DNA from: Eledone cirrhosa
Lineage: Eukaryota
Reading direction: 5' to 3'
Length of the DNA: 64,000 nt
Assembly (NCBI GenBank): GCA_964016885.1
Contig: OZ024741.1
Coordinates: 301,134,001 to 301,198,000, forward strand
The notes under the pieces are model-generated. The model was not told the origin of the DNA, ran no database searches, and saw only the letters and a list, made by a program, of their open reading frames with translations. Numbering within the stretch: position 1 is the first letter of the stretch; the number at the start of each line of letters is the position of its first letter. Of this stretch, positions 12,116-24,479 are shown one piece after another. Both the position numbers and the translations under genes were made by a program.

Positions 12116-12719
12116 TAGCCGTCGAAACGGCTTGAGCTCAGCTGTCGGGGTCTTACTGGTTCCTATTACCCACTCTACTACCTCAAGTATTGAGTACTTT
12201 GGTGCGTTATGGTCCACCTGGTTCCTTACCACATATATATATATATATATATAGTTGAAATGGACGAACAAAATACAAGTGACAATTGTACACAGTTATA
12301 CTAGGTTCATTTATTAGCTACGGTACGGGAACCGGAAGACCACAAATCAGAGATTCGCGGAGAGATGCAGAATGGGTATATTAATGAAAGTAAAGGTGGT
12401 TTCGGCTTGTTACCTCATCGTCAGGAAAGCGTCTCGTATTTAAAGGAAATGAGAGAAGAGGGGTGAAGTAGAGATGAGATGATAAAAAAAGAAGAAAGAA
12501 AGGAAAATATACGAAATGGCGGGCAAGTGGAGAAAAAAGAAAAGACTGTTCAGCCAGAACAGCAAGACCACTAAAATAATAACCACTGAAAGAACAACAA
12601 CAATAGCAACCTAGCCAGCAGCACGCGTCACAGAGTGACCAGGTCAACAACAGCAACCATCTTTCACATTCCAGCTTTTTACATGTGTTACTTTCTCAAA
12701 ACGTCATGACTGACAAAAT

Positions 12720-12813
<94 letters not shown>

Positions 12814-12830
12814 TACTATTACTACTACCT
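12720..12830. repeat. (TAC)n microsatellite
   Basis: Direct reading. Confidence 0.95.
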
Positions 12831-13469
12831 CTCCAATTACTGATGAAGCATCATATTTTCCTGTCCTCCCCTCCATCTTCAACTACCTCAAGTGACCAAT
12901 TATTATCTTTGTTGCCATCCTGTACTGCTACCACTACCACTCCAGCCATTGAATTCAACAACTGTTTTCAAGCCGCTTTCTGTGCAGAGCATACATCGCA
13001 ACGATATTTTCAATTGACGCGCATACAACGTTGGAATATAACCAAACCATCGAACCGTTCAACCATTTGATTTGGAAAGCAGAGCAAAGGGAGTGTAAAT
13101 TGCATTTTTATTCTTCAAATCAAATTTACAAATCCACCATTCCAATAAGGAGTGACCGTCTGAAAGAGCTATCCTTGCCCCCCAAAATATCACAGTGAAT
13201 GCCATCAACAAAATCACTCTCAAATGATACTTGGAGGTAACCAAACCTATAAATCTATCGACGCTAAAAACATTGTATATATTAAAGTTCTGTAAATGTT
13301 TTGTAATTTTCGTAGAATGCATTTTCTATTATTTTCATTATTTTATGTATTACGATATTCTAAATAAATATTTAAAATTATCTTATTCAATATTTAAATA
13401 CATTTTAACAGCTAACATTACGACAGATAACAGTAGGTGCCTTAGGAATAGATTTGAGCACAGTACAGA

Positions 13470-15234
13470 CCGCGAAAAACTGGAGAAAGCGGTATGAAAA
13501 CTTTGTGCTGACAAACGACATTGACGACAAGTCACCGAAGAAAGAACTGGCGATTCTCCACGTTGCGTTATCGGGCCTCAAGGGGCAAGAATAATTGATG
13601 ATCTTGAGGCAATAGAAAAATGTGTAGACGTAACAGCATTGTCGTACTGCAACAACCAGATCAACAAGCTTATGTGAGTTATCAATTCCACTCAAGAAAA
13701 TGCGAGCCGCATGAAAAAATGGATGAATTTATTTTCCACCTACGAGACTTGCTCCAACCATGTGGTTTATGTTCGGTATGTTCCACAAAGGCTGTAAGAA
13801 ACAAAATAATCTTCGACATAAATTGTCAGATTAGGACGAATGCGATGTTACAAGTCAAGAATCCTGATTTGGAAACCTGTCTCTGAATTTGCCGTAGCCA
13901 TGAAGCAGTGTCCCACCAGATTACTATTAAGATAGAGACCTGCTCAGATATTCTCAAAGTAAAGACCAATCAGTCGAGTCTCCCACCTTTCATCAACTGT
14001 CTTTTCTGCGGTAAACGACACTAGAAAACAGTATGCCCTACATTTGGCAAGAATTGCAACAAGTGCAACAAACCAAATCACTTCGCTGTTTGCTGCAGAA
14101 GCAGGAAAGTTCAATCGGTCGAAGCAATCTTCACAGACGTCCAAGACTTTGTCTTCAACATCATAGGGACCGCTGGTGTTTTTGCCTCGATGCTCGTCAA
14201 TGGTGAGAGAGTGAAATTTCAACTGGATAGTGGAGCCGACGTCAATCTCCTGCCACACCGATTCGCCAGTCTCCTGCTTCGTCCTTCAAATTGCCCACTC
14301 CGAGATCTTACGAGTTGTCTCCCCCGAACCCAGTTATCACCCTGTTGTCCCTTCCGTTGTGCTCTAACTGACTGTCCGACAAGAGGGCTGCTAAGTGGTC
14401 TTTTCCTCCTGTCGTAGCAGTGTTTTGTGGGTTTGTGTGCGTCATTCTAGTTCAGCGTGTATATTTTCTAGCGTTCAGGGTTCTAAAGCCGATTCTGTCG
14501 TGGGTACTATCGTACGGGTTCATCGGCTGAAAAGGTGTTGGACAAGACTCGAGCTAATGCCGGTCAGTTAATGAACTATTACGACGTTACCCACGACAGA
14601 ACCGACTTTAGAACCCTCGACGTAACAAAATACACATGCTGAACTAGAACGACTCACATAAGCTCAAAACCACTACTACGACATGAAGACAAAACCACTT
14701 AGAAACCTTCTTGTCAGGCAGTCGGTTAGAATACAACTGAAGGGACATCAGGGTGATAACTGTATTCAGGGAGAGACAACTCGTAAGATCTCGGAGAACT
14801 TGTACGAAGTAAGGTCCGACAACAGAACCATTGTTTGAAACCATGTTCATATACGCCCGATGGTAGAACCACAACCGAAGAACTCCCGTTTTCAATTGTC
14901 GACCATAAGAATGCTAACGACTCAGTTCCAACCTGCCCTCAAGAAAACTTTAATATTACTGCAGACTACGAGTCACGTGGAGAATACCGGACTTGTAGTG
15001 GTCGAGCAGTGCGCGGACCGTGTTACCTCCAAGACTACGACGTCAATTCCTTGGAGGAGGAGATGTGAGGAAGACTGAACGCAACTAGCGTGCATGTCTG
15101 ATACTGCACATGTTCACCTCTCTCCTATTAATTGACAATGAATAATTCTATGGTTATGTGTCTCACGCAGGATGACACATGTCCGCATGTCTTGCATGCT
15201 CTGCCTTTACTATAACCACTCTGTTTTATACAAA
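13470..15234 (+). mobile_element. Decayed, internally deleted Gypsy/Ty3 LTR retrotransposon
   Basis: Gag with two zinc knuckles (CLFCGKRH*KTVC, CNKCNKPNHFAVCC) and protease FQLDSGADVN. After 14796 comes an integrase tail (YEV..*NHVHIRP..SGRAVRGPCYLQDY), then a polypurine tract ggaggaggaga and a TGT LTR start at ~15065. Confidence 0.85.
14298..14796. mobile_element. Foldback MITE-like element with ~230-bp imperfect inverted arms
   Basis: Ends ctccgagatcttacgagttgtctc / gagacaactcgtaagatctcggag. The arms pair to within ~35 bp of the centre. Confidence 0.8.
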
Positions 15235-15839
15235 ACTAGTAGTGGTACCCGGCGTTGCACGGGATAAGGTAGTTTGGAACGCGGGCCGCCAACAGACCTA
15301 ATCGTGGAAAAACTGCATGCCTGGACAATATGTCAAGAAAATAAACTGAATACTCTGATGGCTGGATAATCTTTAATATTTTCCTCGATGAACCAGGAAA
15401 AATGCAGGTTTTCCCCTAATGCAGGCCCTAGGGGATCAAGAAAATGATTTTGTTTTATGTGTATAATATGCTTTGAAATTTCGGGAAAATCGGCTAGACG
15501 TAACAGCTCCAAAAAGCCCTAAAAAGCTGAAAAAATGAAATGTTTCACCTGATGCTAGCCCTAGGCCATAAAAAAGTTGGATTTTCTTTGCTCACTGTAT
15601 GAAGAAGAAACTGACTAATACATAGTTACAATTTCAAGAAAATCGGTCTGACATAACGCCTCAAAAAACCCCTAAAAAAGCTTAAAAAACGCAGTTTTTC
15701 ACCTAATGCGGGCCCTAGGAGATCAAAATGTTGAATGTTGTTATGTGCATAACACTTCCTGAAACATAAGTAATACACATGTAAGGTTTGAAAAACATCG
15801 GTTGCGTACTTCTCGAGTTTTAGGAATTCAAACTCACAG

Positions 15840-15870
<31 letters not shown>

Positions 15871-16155
15871 TCCTCAGGGAAGTGACATAATGCAGACATA
15901 CAGGCATAAGGGTGCGACGTTATATGTATGTATCTATCTAAAAAGAAAAAGACTAAGAATTATAGAGAGAGATCGCTAAATCGCCTAATGCGGTCCCTAG
16001 TGTACTAAAAATTTGAATTTGTTTTTGCTCAGAACACTCGCTGAAACATAAGTATTACATGTGTAAAGTTTGAAAACAGTCGGTTGTGTGGTTCTCAGGT
16101 TTTAGGGATTCAAACTCACACACAGACAGACATCCTTAGTTTTATATCTATAGAT
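15235..16155. mobile_element. Non-autonomous Helitron/Helentron-like element
   Basis: Starts actagtagtggtacccggcgttgcacggg and ends cagacagacatccttagttttatatctatagat. Internal repeats include cctaatgc(a/g)ggccctag. Same end architecture as 6351-7512. Confidence 0.6.
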
Positions 16156-19100
16156 AAATGAATTTATGCAGTTGAACGCTTTTGTATGGTTGGGCATCTT
16201 GAACAGAGAGCCTAGAATTTAACAGTCTAGTTGTCGACAGCAGACTCTTGCCTCTGGATTTTGTACAGGATCTATGAAATGTCTATAAGTTTATAACACT
16301 TGCCTTATCATTAAAAAAAAGGAATGCTAAAGATAATTAATATATCTTTTTTGCAGTTAAACGTCAAGCATCATCCCCTTGGGTTTAGAAAATGTCTTAC
16401 AACATTTTATCAAGACAGCTACATTAGAAAAAGACTATTTTGGGGAATAATCTGCTGCATTCATCTCTTTACAAAAGCATTTCTGAAAGGCATATTATCA
16501 ATGAGCATCAATAATGGTTTAAACTGCTCATATGAAAATCTTTTTATTTGAAATTCAATAAATAGGTTTTCTTTTCATTCCGTTAGATGTAAGTTACTAA
16601 TTCAATTACATTTCTTTCAAGAAGCATGCAGAGGTTTGTAAAGATAATATGTCGTTTTGCTTTCATCTTTAAAAGCCTCTAAGATAATATAAAATAATCT
16701 AGATTGCATTAAATCAAAATTAAAATCTATTCTGAATAAATAAGCGAAAACACCTGGTGTTTTTGTCCCATGTATTCAGCTCATTCTTCCTCGTAGCAGA
16801 AGCATACAACTCTGTTATCTGCATTCTTATTTATTTGTTGATTATATTGTCATCTCCAGATATCTAATATATGTTTATAAACGTTAACTAATGCGGATGT
16901 GTCTGGAAATCCGAAGCGAATTTAAAAACATCGGTGATAAATATAACTAGGATTGCTTTAGAAATACGTTATTTTGATGAATGTGTCACTAAAACATGTA
17001 CAAAAACATATTTGAAAATGTGTTCAATTCATATCTGAACCAAAACATATTACTGTGAATTCTAAAAAGTAACACGTCGTTTGCAATGCTATTCCAACTA
17101 TCAATGACTGCTAAATTTGGAAGTGATACAGATTTAGAGCACAGAATATGTCATCCGAATTCAAAAAGCAATTGGATTCAACGTACTTCTGTCAGATATT
17201 ATTGGTGCTTAATCATTGAAACGAATATAGATATTATAACTGTGTTGTAAAGGTCTCTTGAATAGGTTGTTGTAGTAGGCTTTATACACATGTCTGTATT
17301 TTCATGAAAAATATAAAAATTGCTGATGAAACCTTTAATTCAATTTCACATATACAAAGATAATGTGTAATATTATATGAATGCACTAGGATGGTTTGAA
17401 CGGGATTATCTGTAAGCACTCAGCAAAATGCTACACATAGTAATTTTGATACTTTTGCATCATCTAAATGTAACAGTCCACTAGAGATCTTCAACTATAA
17501 CACACAATCACAAATAAACATATAACTCACATCCAAATGACAGTGTTCATACAAATACATTCACATTCCCAGCGTTGCACCACACTACATCAAGACTCCC
17601 ATAAACACTAACGCAGCAACATGCAACAGACACTCAGCCTCTACACAAATCCATCCTATAGCGCAACAATTCTTACAACAGTATAAGTAAAGTCACGCCG
17701 CATACATAACTAGAAAGAAGAATACACGCACAAAACCTCCCACACAGCCAAACTACTTTGAATGTGGTCTTTTAGAATCTGTCTCCCAAAGATTCAAATG
17801 AAATTTCAATATCAGCCGATTGCATGACACACTTCCCATTACTCTTTGAAATATTTTGTTTTTGGCATGCTAATGTCGCATATTTCTAATTATTTTACTT
17901 ACATTCTGATATAACATTCACCTATTCCCTAGGTGGTGTTAGATGGTTTGCTTCATCTCACTCTACAATTTAAAAAGAACAGAAATACCAATTAGATAAT
18001 CTAGATCTCCTTTCACGGTGCCCAAATAAACGATTTGATACCTGAAGCGTATTTAATCGTACGTAGGATCACTAAGAGAACATTTGGAAACACAAAAATC
18101 TTCACATTTAAATCACATTAATCCTAAAACATCATATCAGTTTCTTTCTGTAAAAATTAGAGGATTTCATGGAAAGATGTATATGAGAGGTGTCACTTTA
18201 GTTAGTTTATTTGTTAAAATTCAGGAAGAGATATCTGCCCTATTCAGGTTGTTAAAGATTTGTTTAGACCCAGCTCAAATGTGACTGAACAGAGAGTTTA
18301 CGAAAGGCATTCTAGTTATGGTGATCCCATATTATTTATTTTTTGACCATCCTGTAGAAAACTGGATATCTGACATGTTTGATTTGTCATTTTGTAGTAG
18401 ACTAGAAAGCGGTTTTATGTAGGTATTTGTAGGTATTATGTAGGTATTTGAAGGTATTTGTAGAAGATGAAATACTCTAAATAGTTGACAATGCTTTGGC
18501 TCGTTGGTATATATCCATTTCTCAAAGGGGTTGTAGGTCTATAATTATAGGATATGTGAAGAAATTGCGATATAGATTTCTTGAATAGGTGGTGTACTTA
18601 TATGAATATGAGAAAGAAAATCGGAAATAGCGGCCTGAAATTATAAAATCCAAACTCAGAATACAATTAAACGTTAGAAAGGTACACAGTAAAATTACCT
18701 GTTTTCAGTACTCACTATTGTACGTTTTAATTAGAGAAACAGTTTCTGTTTAGAGATACTACTTGCACACTTGTTATTAATACAAATAGAAATATCTGAA
18801 CAAAATCTAATAATAAGTATTTCCCGAGATAAATTATGATATTTGCCGACAACTAGAGAACCTAGGATGACAAATGATAGACAAGTTCACGTTATGTCCT
18901 GATCCTCAGCAAATATTAGTCTAATACAAAAACTTGAGGTGTTGCACAGAAGCCACAAACGAAGATTCAAATTAGTCGTTCGAACTACTAGAAAGAGCAA
19001 ATAAATTTGCCTTAGATATTACTCTACCATCTTAAACATATATGTGAGAAAAAGAATGAATGTTTATGGCTAGGAATCTTTCATCGGAGATTTACTCAAT

Positions 19101-22100
19101 TAAATCTGACATAGGTATGAATAACATCAATAACAAAGAAAGAGAGAGAGGGAGGCGTGGAGGGGTAGATGGATGTTGCATATATTGACATAACTCTAGT
19201 ATTATTTTTGTTAGCTTCTAAGAGGATGAGAGTAGTTTTAAGGTAGTTTTGTTAAGCTGACTTCAAATATTGCTTGTCAAGCACGAAACGCTAGAGATGC
19301 TAAATCATCTACTTTTCCTATTTTTTTGGAAAGTTTTTTAATGTATTAACTAATCGTCTCAAACGATTCTAATCATTTAAATTTGAAGTAGTATCTACGA
19401 AATATAGATGATAATTAATTTCTCACCCCACCCCTACACCCCCACCTCACCCCATACGTTACCCGCTTCTAGATAGTATACTGCAGGTTAAAGAGTCTAA
19501 TAATTTGACCCTACTGCAATAAAAAGAGATGCATACGTCAACATATATCAAACAATACAGAGTAGTACAAACAAAATTTCTCTAGATTAAATCATTAAAT
19601 CAAATAATGAATCTGGCATAGGATGATCAACTGAGAATTGTTATTAGGCCAAAAAGATTGTAATGCGAAATACTCCTTCCCAGGAAGAATTGTATGTCAA
19701 ATGGGAGAAAGATTGAAATATATCTTTCTGTCTAGTTTTTCCTAGGCTGTATGAAATAAGGTGATTTCAGAAATGCTACTTTATCAATTTGAACATTAGT
19801 TTTTTTATACTGTCATGTACTCTCACCCCAAAAAATATATATATTATATTGTATTTCTAATTGTTCTTTCATTACTAAGTTAAAACTTTAACCAAGTATT
19901 CTTGTAGGGACGGAAATGTAATCCTAATATATCGAATCATATTTGTAGCTGTTTTGCAAACACAAAACAACGGCGAATCGTTACCAATTTAGTTCCATGA
20001 GCGTAGGTCATATATTTTAGTTTAATTTTGAACGATCAATTCACATCTCTAGTCAGGCACTCTCATCTTATCTAGCAACATACATCGGAGGCAGTGTTTA
20101 GATGTGGAAGAAAATGAACTTTGGTGTACCGATGTTCCTGAGAGAACCGACAAAATATTTTGAAGATTTTGACGTTTCTATGGAAACAGTCAGAAGAAGA
20201 AGAAGAAGAAGAAGAAGAAGAAGAAGAAGAAGAAGAAGAAGAAGAAGAAGAAGAAGAAGAAGAAGAAGAAGGGTGACATTTGAAGTATTTTACAGGGCTA
20301 TTTTTTGTCGATATTTATTTAATAGTGCAGAAGTAAGTAATGAATATAATTAACTATGCGTGCTATTAGTAAATCTTTACAAACTAAGTCTACTAATTCT
20401 TAGCTATACCCCCGGACCATATCCCTGCCCAATGCTATCGGATAGGAGTAGTCTACCCGCAGATGCGAGCTTCGTGAGGTGAAATGGCTGTTCCAGCGCG
20501 TCCCCCTCACTGTCCTCCGTGGCAATGTATTCTCCATCTTGTTGATAGGGACACAGAGATGGAGAGTAAGTTAGCTGTGGGTGAAGGGTACTCATTTAGA
20601 GGCCACTTTCTAACCCATTTCTTTAAAAATCCATGAAACTGAAACTATTAAAGTTTGAATAGCTAATTTCTACGCTATATTCCTAAATCAATACCTAAAT
20701 ATATTTGGAAAGATCTATACCGTCCCATGAAACATTTATCATAAAACATCTATAGTAGTTATTACATTATATTATTGAAGTATATTGCTAGAATTTTAAA
20801 AGGGACTTTTTAAACATATATTTGGACCTAAATCTTCTTATGTTGAAAGTCTCTCCGTTATATACTGTCAATCATGTTGAATGCCTTCAATGGGATATGT
20901 TGTTGATAAACCATATTTTACGTCGGCTATTAAGGGATGATATTCTGACAAAGTTATACAGGAATACTATTCATAATCAAGTTTACAAAGAAAATCCAAG
21001 AACTATATATAATGTCCCTGTGAGAACGATACCATATGTGAATATATTTGTGATTTTATTGAAAACATCTTAATAACAAAGATTTTTCTAAATATATGTT
21101 TGTTGACGAATTGTATCATGTTATATTGAATCAATTTTCCGAATGATTTTCCAGATGGAAATAACCTTTATGAGTTATAATATGACCCAAAAATAAATAC
21201 TCTTAAAAAGCTTCTATTCTATGGAATGTTTTGAGAAGAGGGCTCCTAAAGATAAATCATAAAAGAATACTTGCCAGAAACACGAACTAAGAAAGATGCA
21301 ATATTCAAAGAGACAATTGAGTAAAATTCAATTTCTATGTTATGATGGTGACAGAATATACAGAATGTGCTCAATAATTTTGAAAAAAATATATAACGAA
21401 AATGATGGCAATAAAAAATATTATCTCTAATTTTTTTGTTTTCTATTTGCACATCTTCAGCCTCAAATGTCTGAATCAATAGAATCCAAAATAAACATTG
21501 AAATGTTCTCAGTTTTTTACATGATTAAGACTTTCTTCAAATCGACACTAGCTTCTTTTCATTAAAACCATGAGCTATCACATCCTTGATCAATACATCT
21601 CTTCCATGACTAACTCCTCCTTTTAAAGATAACTAAGGCTGCATTACCTAATGTGAAATTTCCTTTTATCAAATCACAGAGCGCGACTTGGGGTAGATTT
21701 GACTAATGTAAATAGTAGGTCATTTCCGTAGTGTAAATTATGATATTGATTTCAAAGATTTGCTGTAGCGAAAGTTTATTTGGAGAAGGTATAGATGACT
21801 AAATCAGCGTAAGCAAATGGCTGGAACTCATTTGGTGTCTACTGTGGTCCTCTGATACCAAAGAATTGGATTATTTGTGATCAGGGTTTATGTATCTTTT
21901 ATATATTTTTATGTATCTTGAGATTTTGTCAGCGATATAAATATGACTATAATGATATATATGTCAGATCTTAAGATACATTAAAGCTAAGTCGAATTAT
22001 ATCTCGCGGTGTCTAAGCTGCAAAGAATTACAATTGCAAAGGTCATTAAAATATGCAAATTTTAGACCCCATCTCGTATAATACCTCACGTAAACGAAAC

Positions 22101-23400
22101 ATCACACGAACAAAGTTTTGATTATTTTAGAAAAACAAATTACGGCATATATTTTAACATTTTAATATGAAATTTATAACTGTAACATTTCAGCTCATCT
22201 ATTCTATATATCATAATTCAGAAATACGTATACAGGATAAGTATATCCCCGTAATTTTCAACTAAAAGCCTGTCTTGCTTTGATTTCAAGCAATCTTTCA
22301 GTTTAGAGCATCTTTGCTGTTTTGCATGTTTTCATTTAAATGAAGGACGACATTGTTAAAAAGAAATTTTAGAGTCAGTGGCGAATCTAAAAGAATGTCC
22401 ATTCATTATTTAAATAATATATATTGGTAATGTTAATTATTTATTCACTTAAAACCTATAGATCAGATAGCGTACCAACTACTAAAAGGAGTATGTTGAA
22501 ACACAATCGACTGTTAAAAATACTTTCTACTTTAGGCACAATGCCAGCTATTCGGGGGGATCGGAAGGTCGATAAAATCGATCCCAGTGCGTTACTGGTG
22601 CTTTATTTTATCGACCGCATAAGGATAAATGGCAAACTTTGCCTCATCGACATTTCAACTCAGAACATAAAGGGCCCAAACTCTATACTGCAAAGCATGG
22701 TGTCTGATGCTCTTACGATACTGCCAATCCACCGGCCTTACCATGTTAAAAATAATAAACCCGTATTCGGTAATGATGTTTTACACAAAGTGTGCCTGAC
22801 AAAAAGACTGAATAACTGAAGTGGTGTAATGATAGGACTGTTCGTTAAGATCTAACCAGGGATTTAACAATAAGAATGACATAGACGTACTTAAAATACA
22901 TATTTATCGTAAATACAAATAAAATTCCTGTGTATGTCCGTGAGAGAATCATTAGATATGAAGCCTAATGGAACTGAGCTGTAATCATAGGTATTTCTCT
23001 TAAGATAATTTTTTTTCCTTCCTCCATCATGTACCTGTACATCATTATTCAACTTATAAGTCACATTTTCGTGAATTAATATTTCACGTTTCGAAAAAGA
23101 CTTGATTGACATTACGAGACGTTTTAGTCACTAGGTAGACGTAAATTATTGGCTCGTCAACATCCATCTATCTCAGAAAAGTTTTGTAGTGGGTATGTAT
23201 AGGAAAATATGTGATAGAGATGTCTAAATGAATCAAGAATTTAGTTTCACAGCTGAGAATATTGTAATAAAATTATTTTAGCTCTATGGAGAATAAAACC
23301 AAATTGTAGAAACATATCACACTGAAAACTATATTTTTGTCAGTACACCCAATAGAAATATTTAATGTTCGAAGTAATTATACTATGTACACTTGATATA

Positions 23401-23862
23401 TTCTTCTTCTTCTTCTTCTTCTTCTTCTTCTTCTTCTTCTTCTTCTCCTTCTTCTTCTTCTTCTTCTTTATGCCTGAGGGGGCCGGGTGGACACAGAGTC
23501 CTCAAACACTAATTCCAGTGGGTCCTGTCAGAAGCAACCGTCTCCAACAGATCCAGCTGTATCCCAAAGTGAAACCAGGCAAGTTCATGGATGTTAGCCA
23601 GCCATCTTGCTCGGAGTCTACATTGGGGTCTCCTGCCGATTGGTTTTGCCCGTCCCGTGATTGGTTTTGCATGTCCATCGATACTTTCCTGAGACATTCT
23701 AACTATATGCCCATAGTACCGGAGCTGTGATTTCTCAATTCGGTGAAGTAGTGGCTCTACCTGAAGTAATCTATGATCTTCGAGTTACGCACTCTATCGA
23801 GAAACGTTACTCCATAGACCCTTCGGGAGAACGCCATTTAGGCCGCTTGTATTCGCACTTGA
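23401..23862 (-). mobile_element. 3' end of RTE-like LINE with (GAA)n tail
   Basis: Minus strand reads AFSRRVYGVTFLDRVRN..GRRP..RARW..ASDRTHW, then a short UTR and (GAA)n. Same family as 53213-53396. Confidence 0.75.
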
Positions 23863-24479
23863 TATATGCAAGGAAAAAATGTAAAACGAAGCATTAATCC
23901 AAAAACAAATTATAGAACGTAATTTATCTCCAACAACATCACTTGAATATAGTGTTTCACAGCGAGGTCCTCTGACTTAAACAGCACCGAGGCCAACAAA
24001 AATATCAAACAAACATCATACATTGTAGTGGCTACAAAATTTAGCAAGAGACAAACAACGCCATCATTACAGTACCACTACCCCATCACCACCACCACCA
24101 CTCCATCATTGCTACCACCACAATTCCCCCACTACCTTCTGTTAACTTGAGAAAAGTTGATATCAAATTTTCTGAGAAGGAGAGGGAAGGTAGCAGTATG
24201 ACTAGACAAGACTAGAAAGGAAGAAGCCACCAAAAGATATAAATAGACTGACTACGTGACCCGGTCAAAAGAAAATTTTGAACATCTCAATATTAACAAT
24301 TACACTGGCACTGAAGTCCCCCACCAACAATAGAACTCCCCCTCCTCCCTGCGGAAGAAGCCCCAGCGCCACCGGCATAACCAACAACAACAACAAAGCA
24401 ACTTCAAGTCACAAGTATATTATATTAATAATTTCTTTATTAGCCACACAGGGCTCATGTTAAGGAACCACTCATAATA

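Noticed and set aside
14440-14530. Minus-strand CCGATGA near the foldback centre
   Set aside because: No stem III or cleavage triplet, and not conserved in the other arm.
17902-17961. Minus-strand AG..GTAAGT exon-like segment
   Set aside because: Stops in all three frames.
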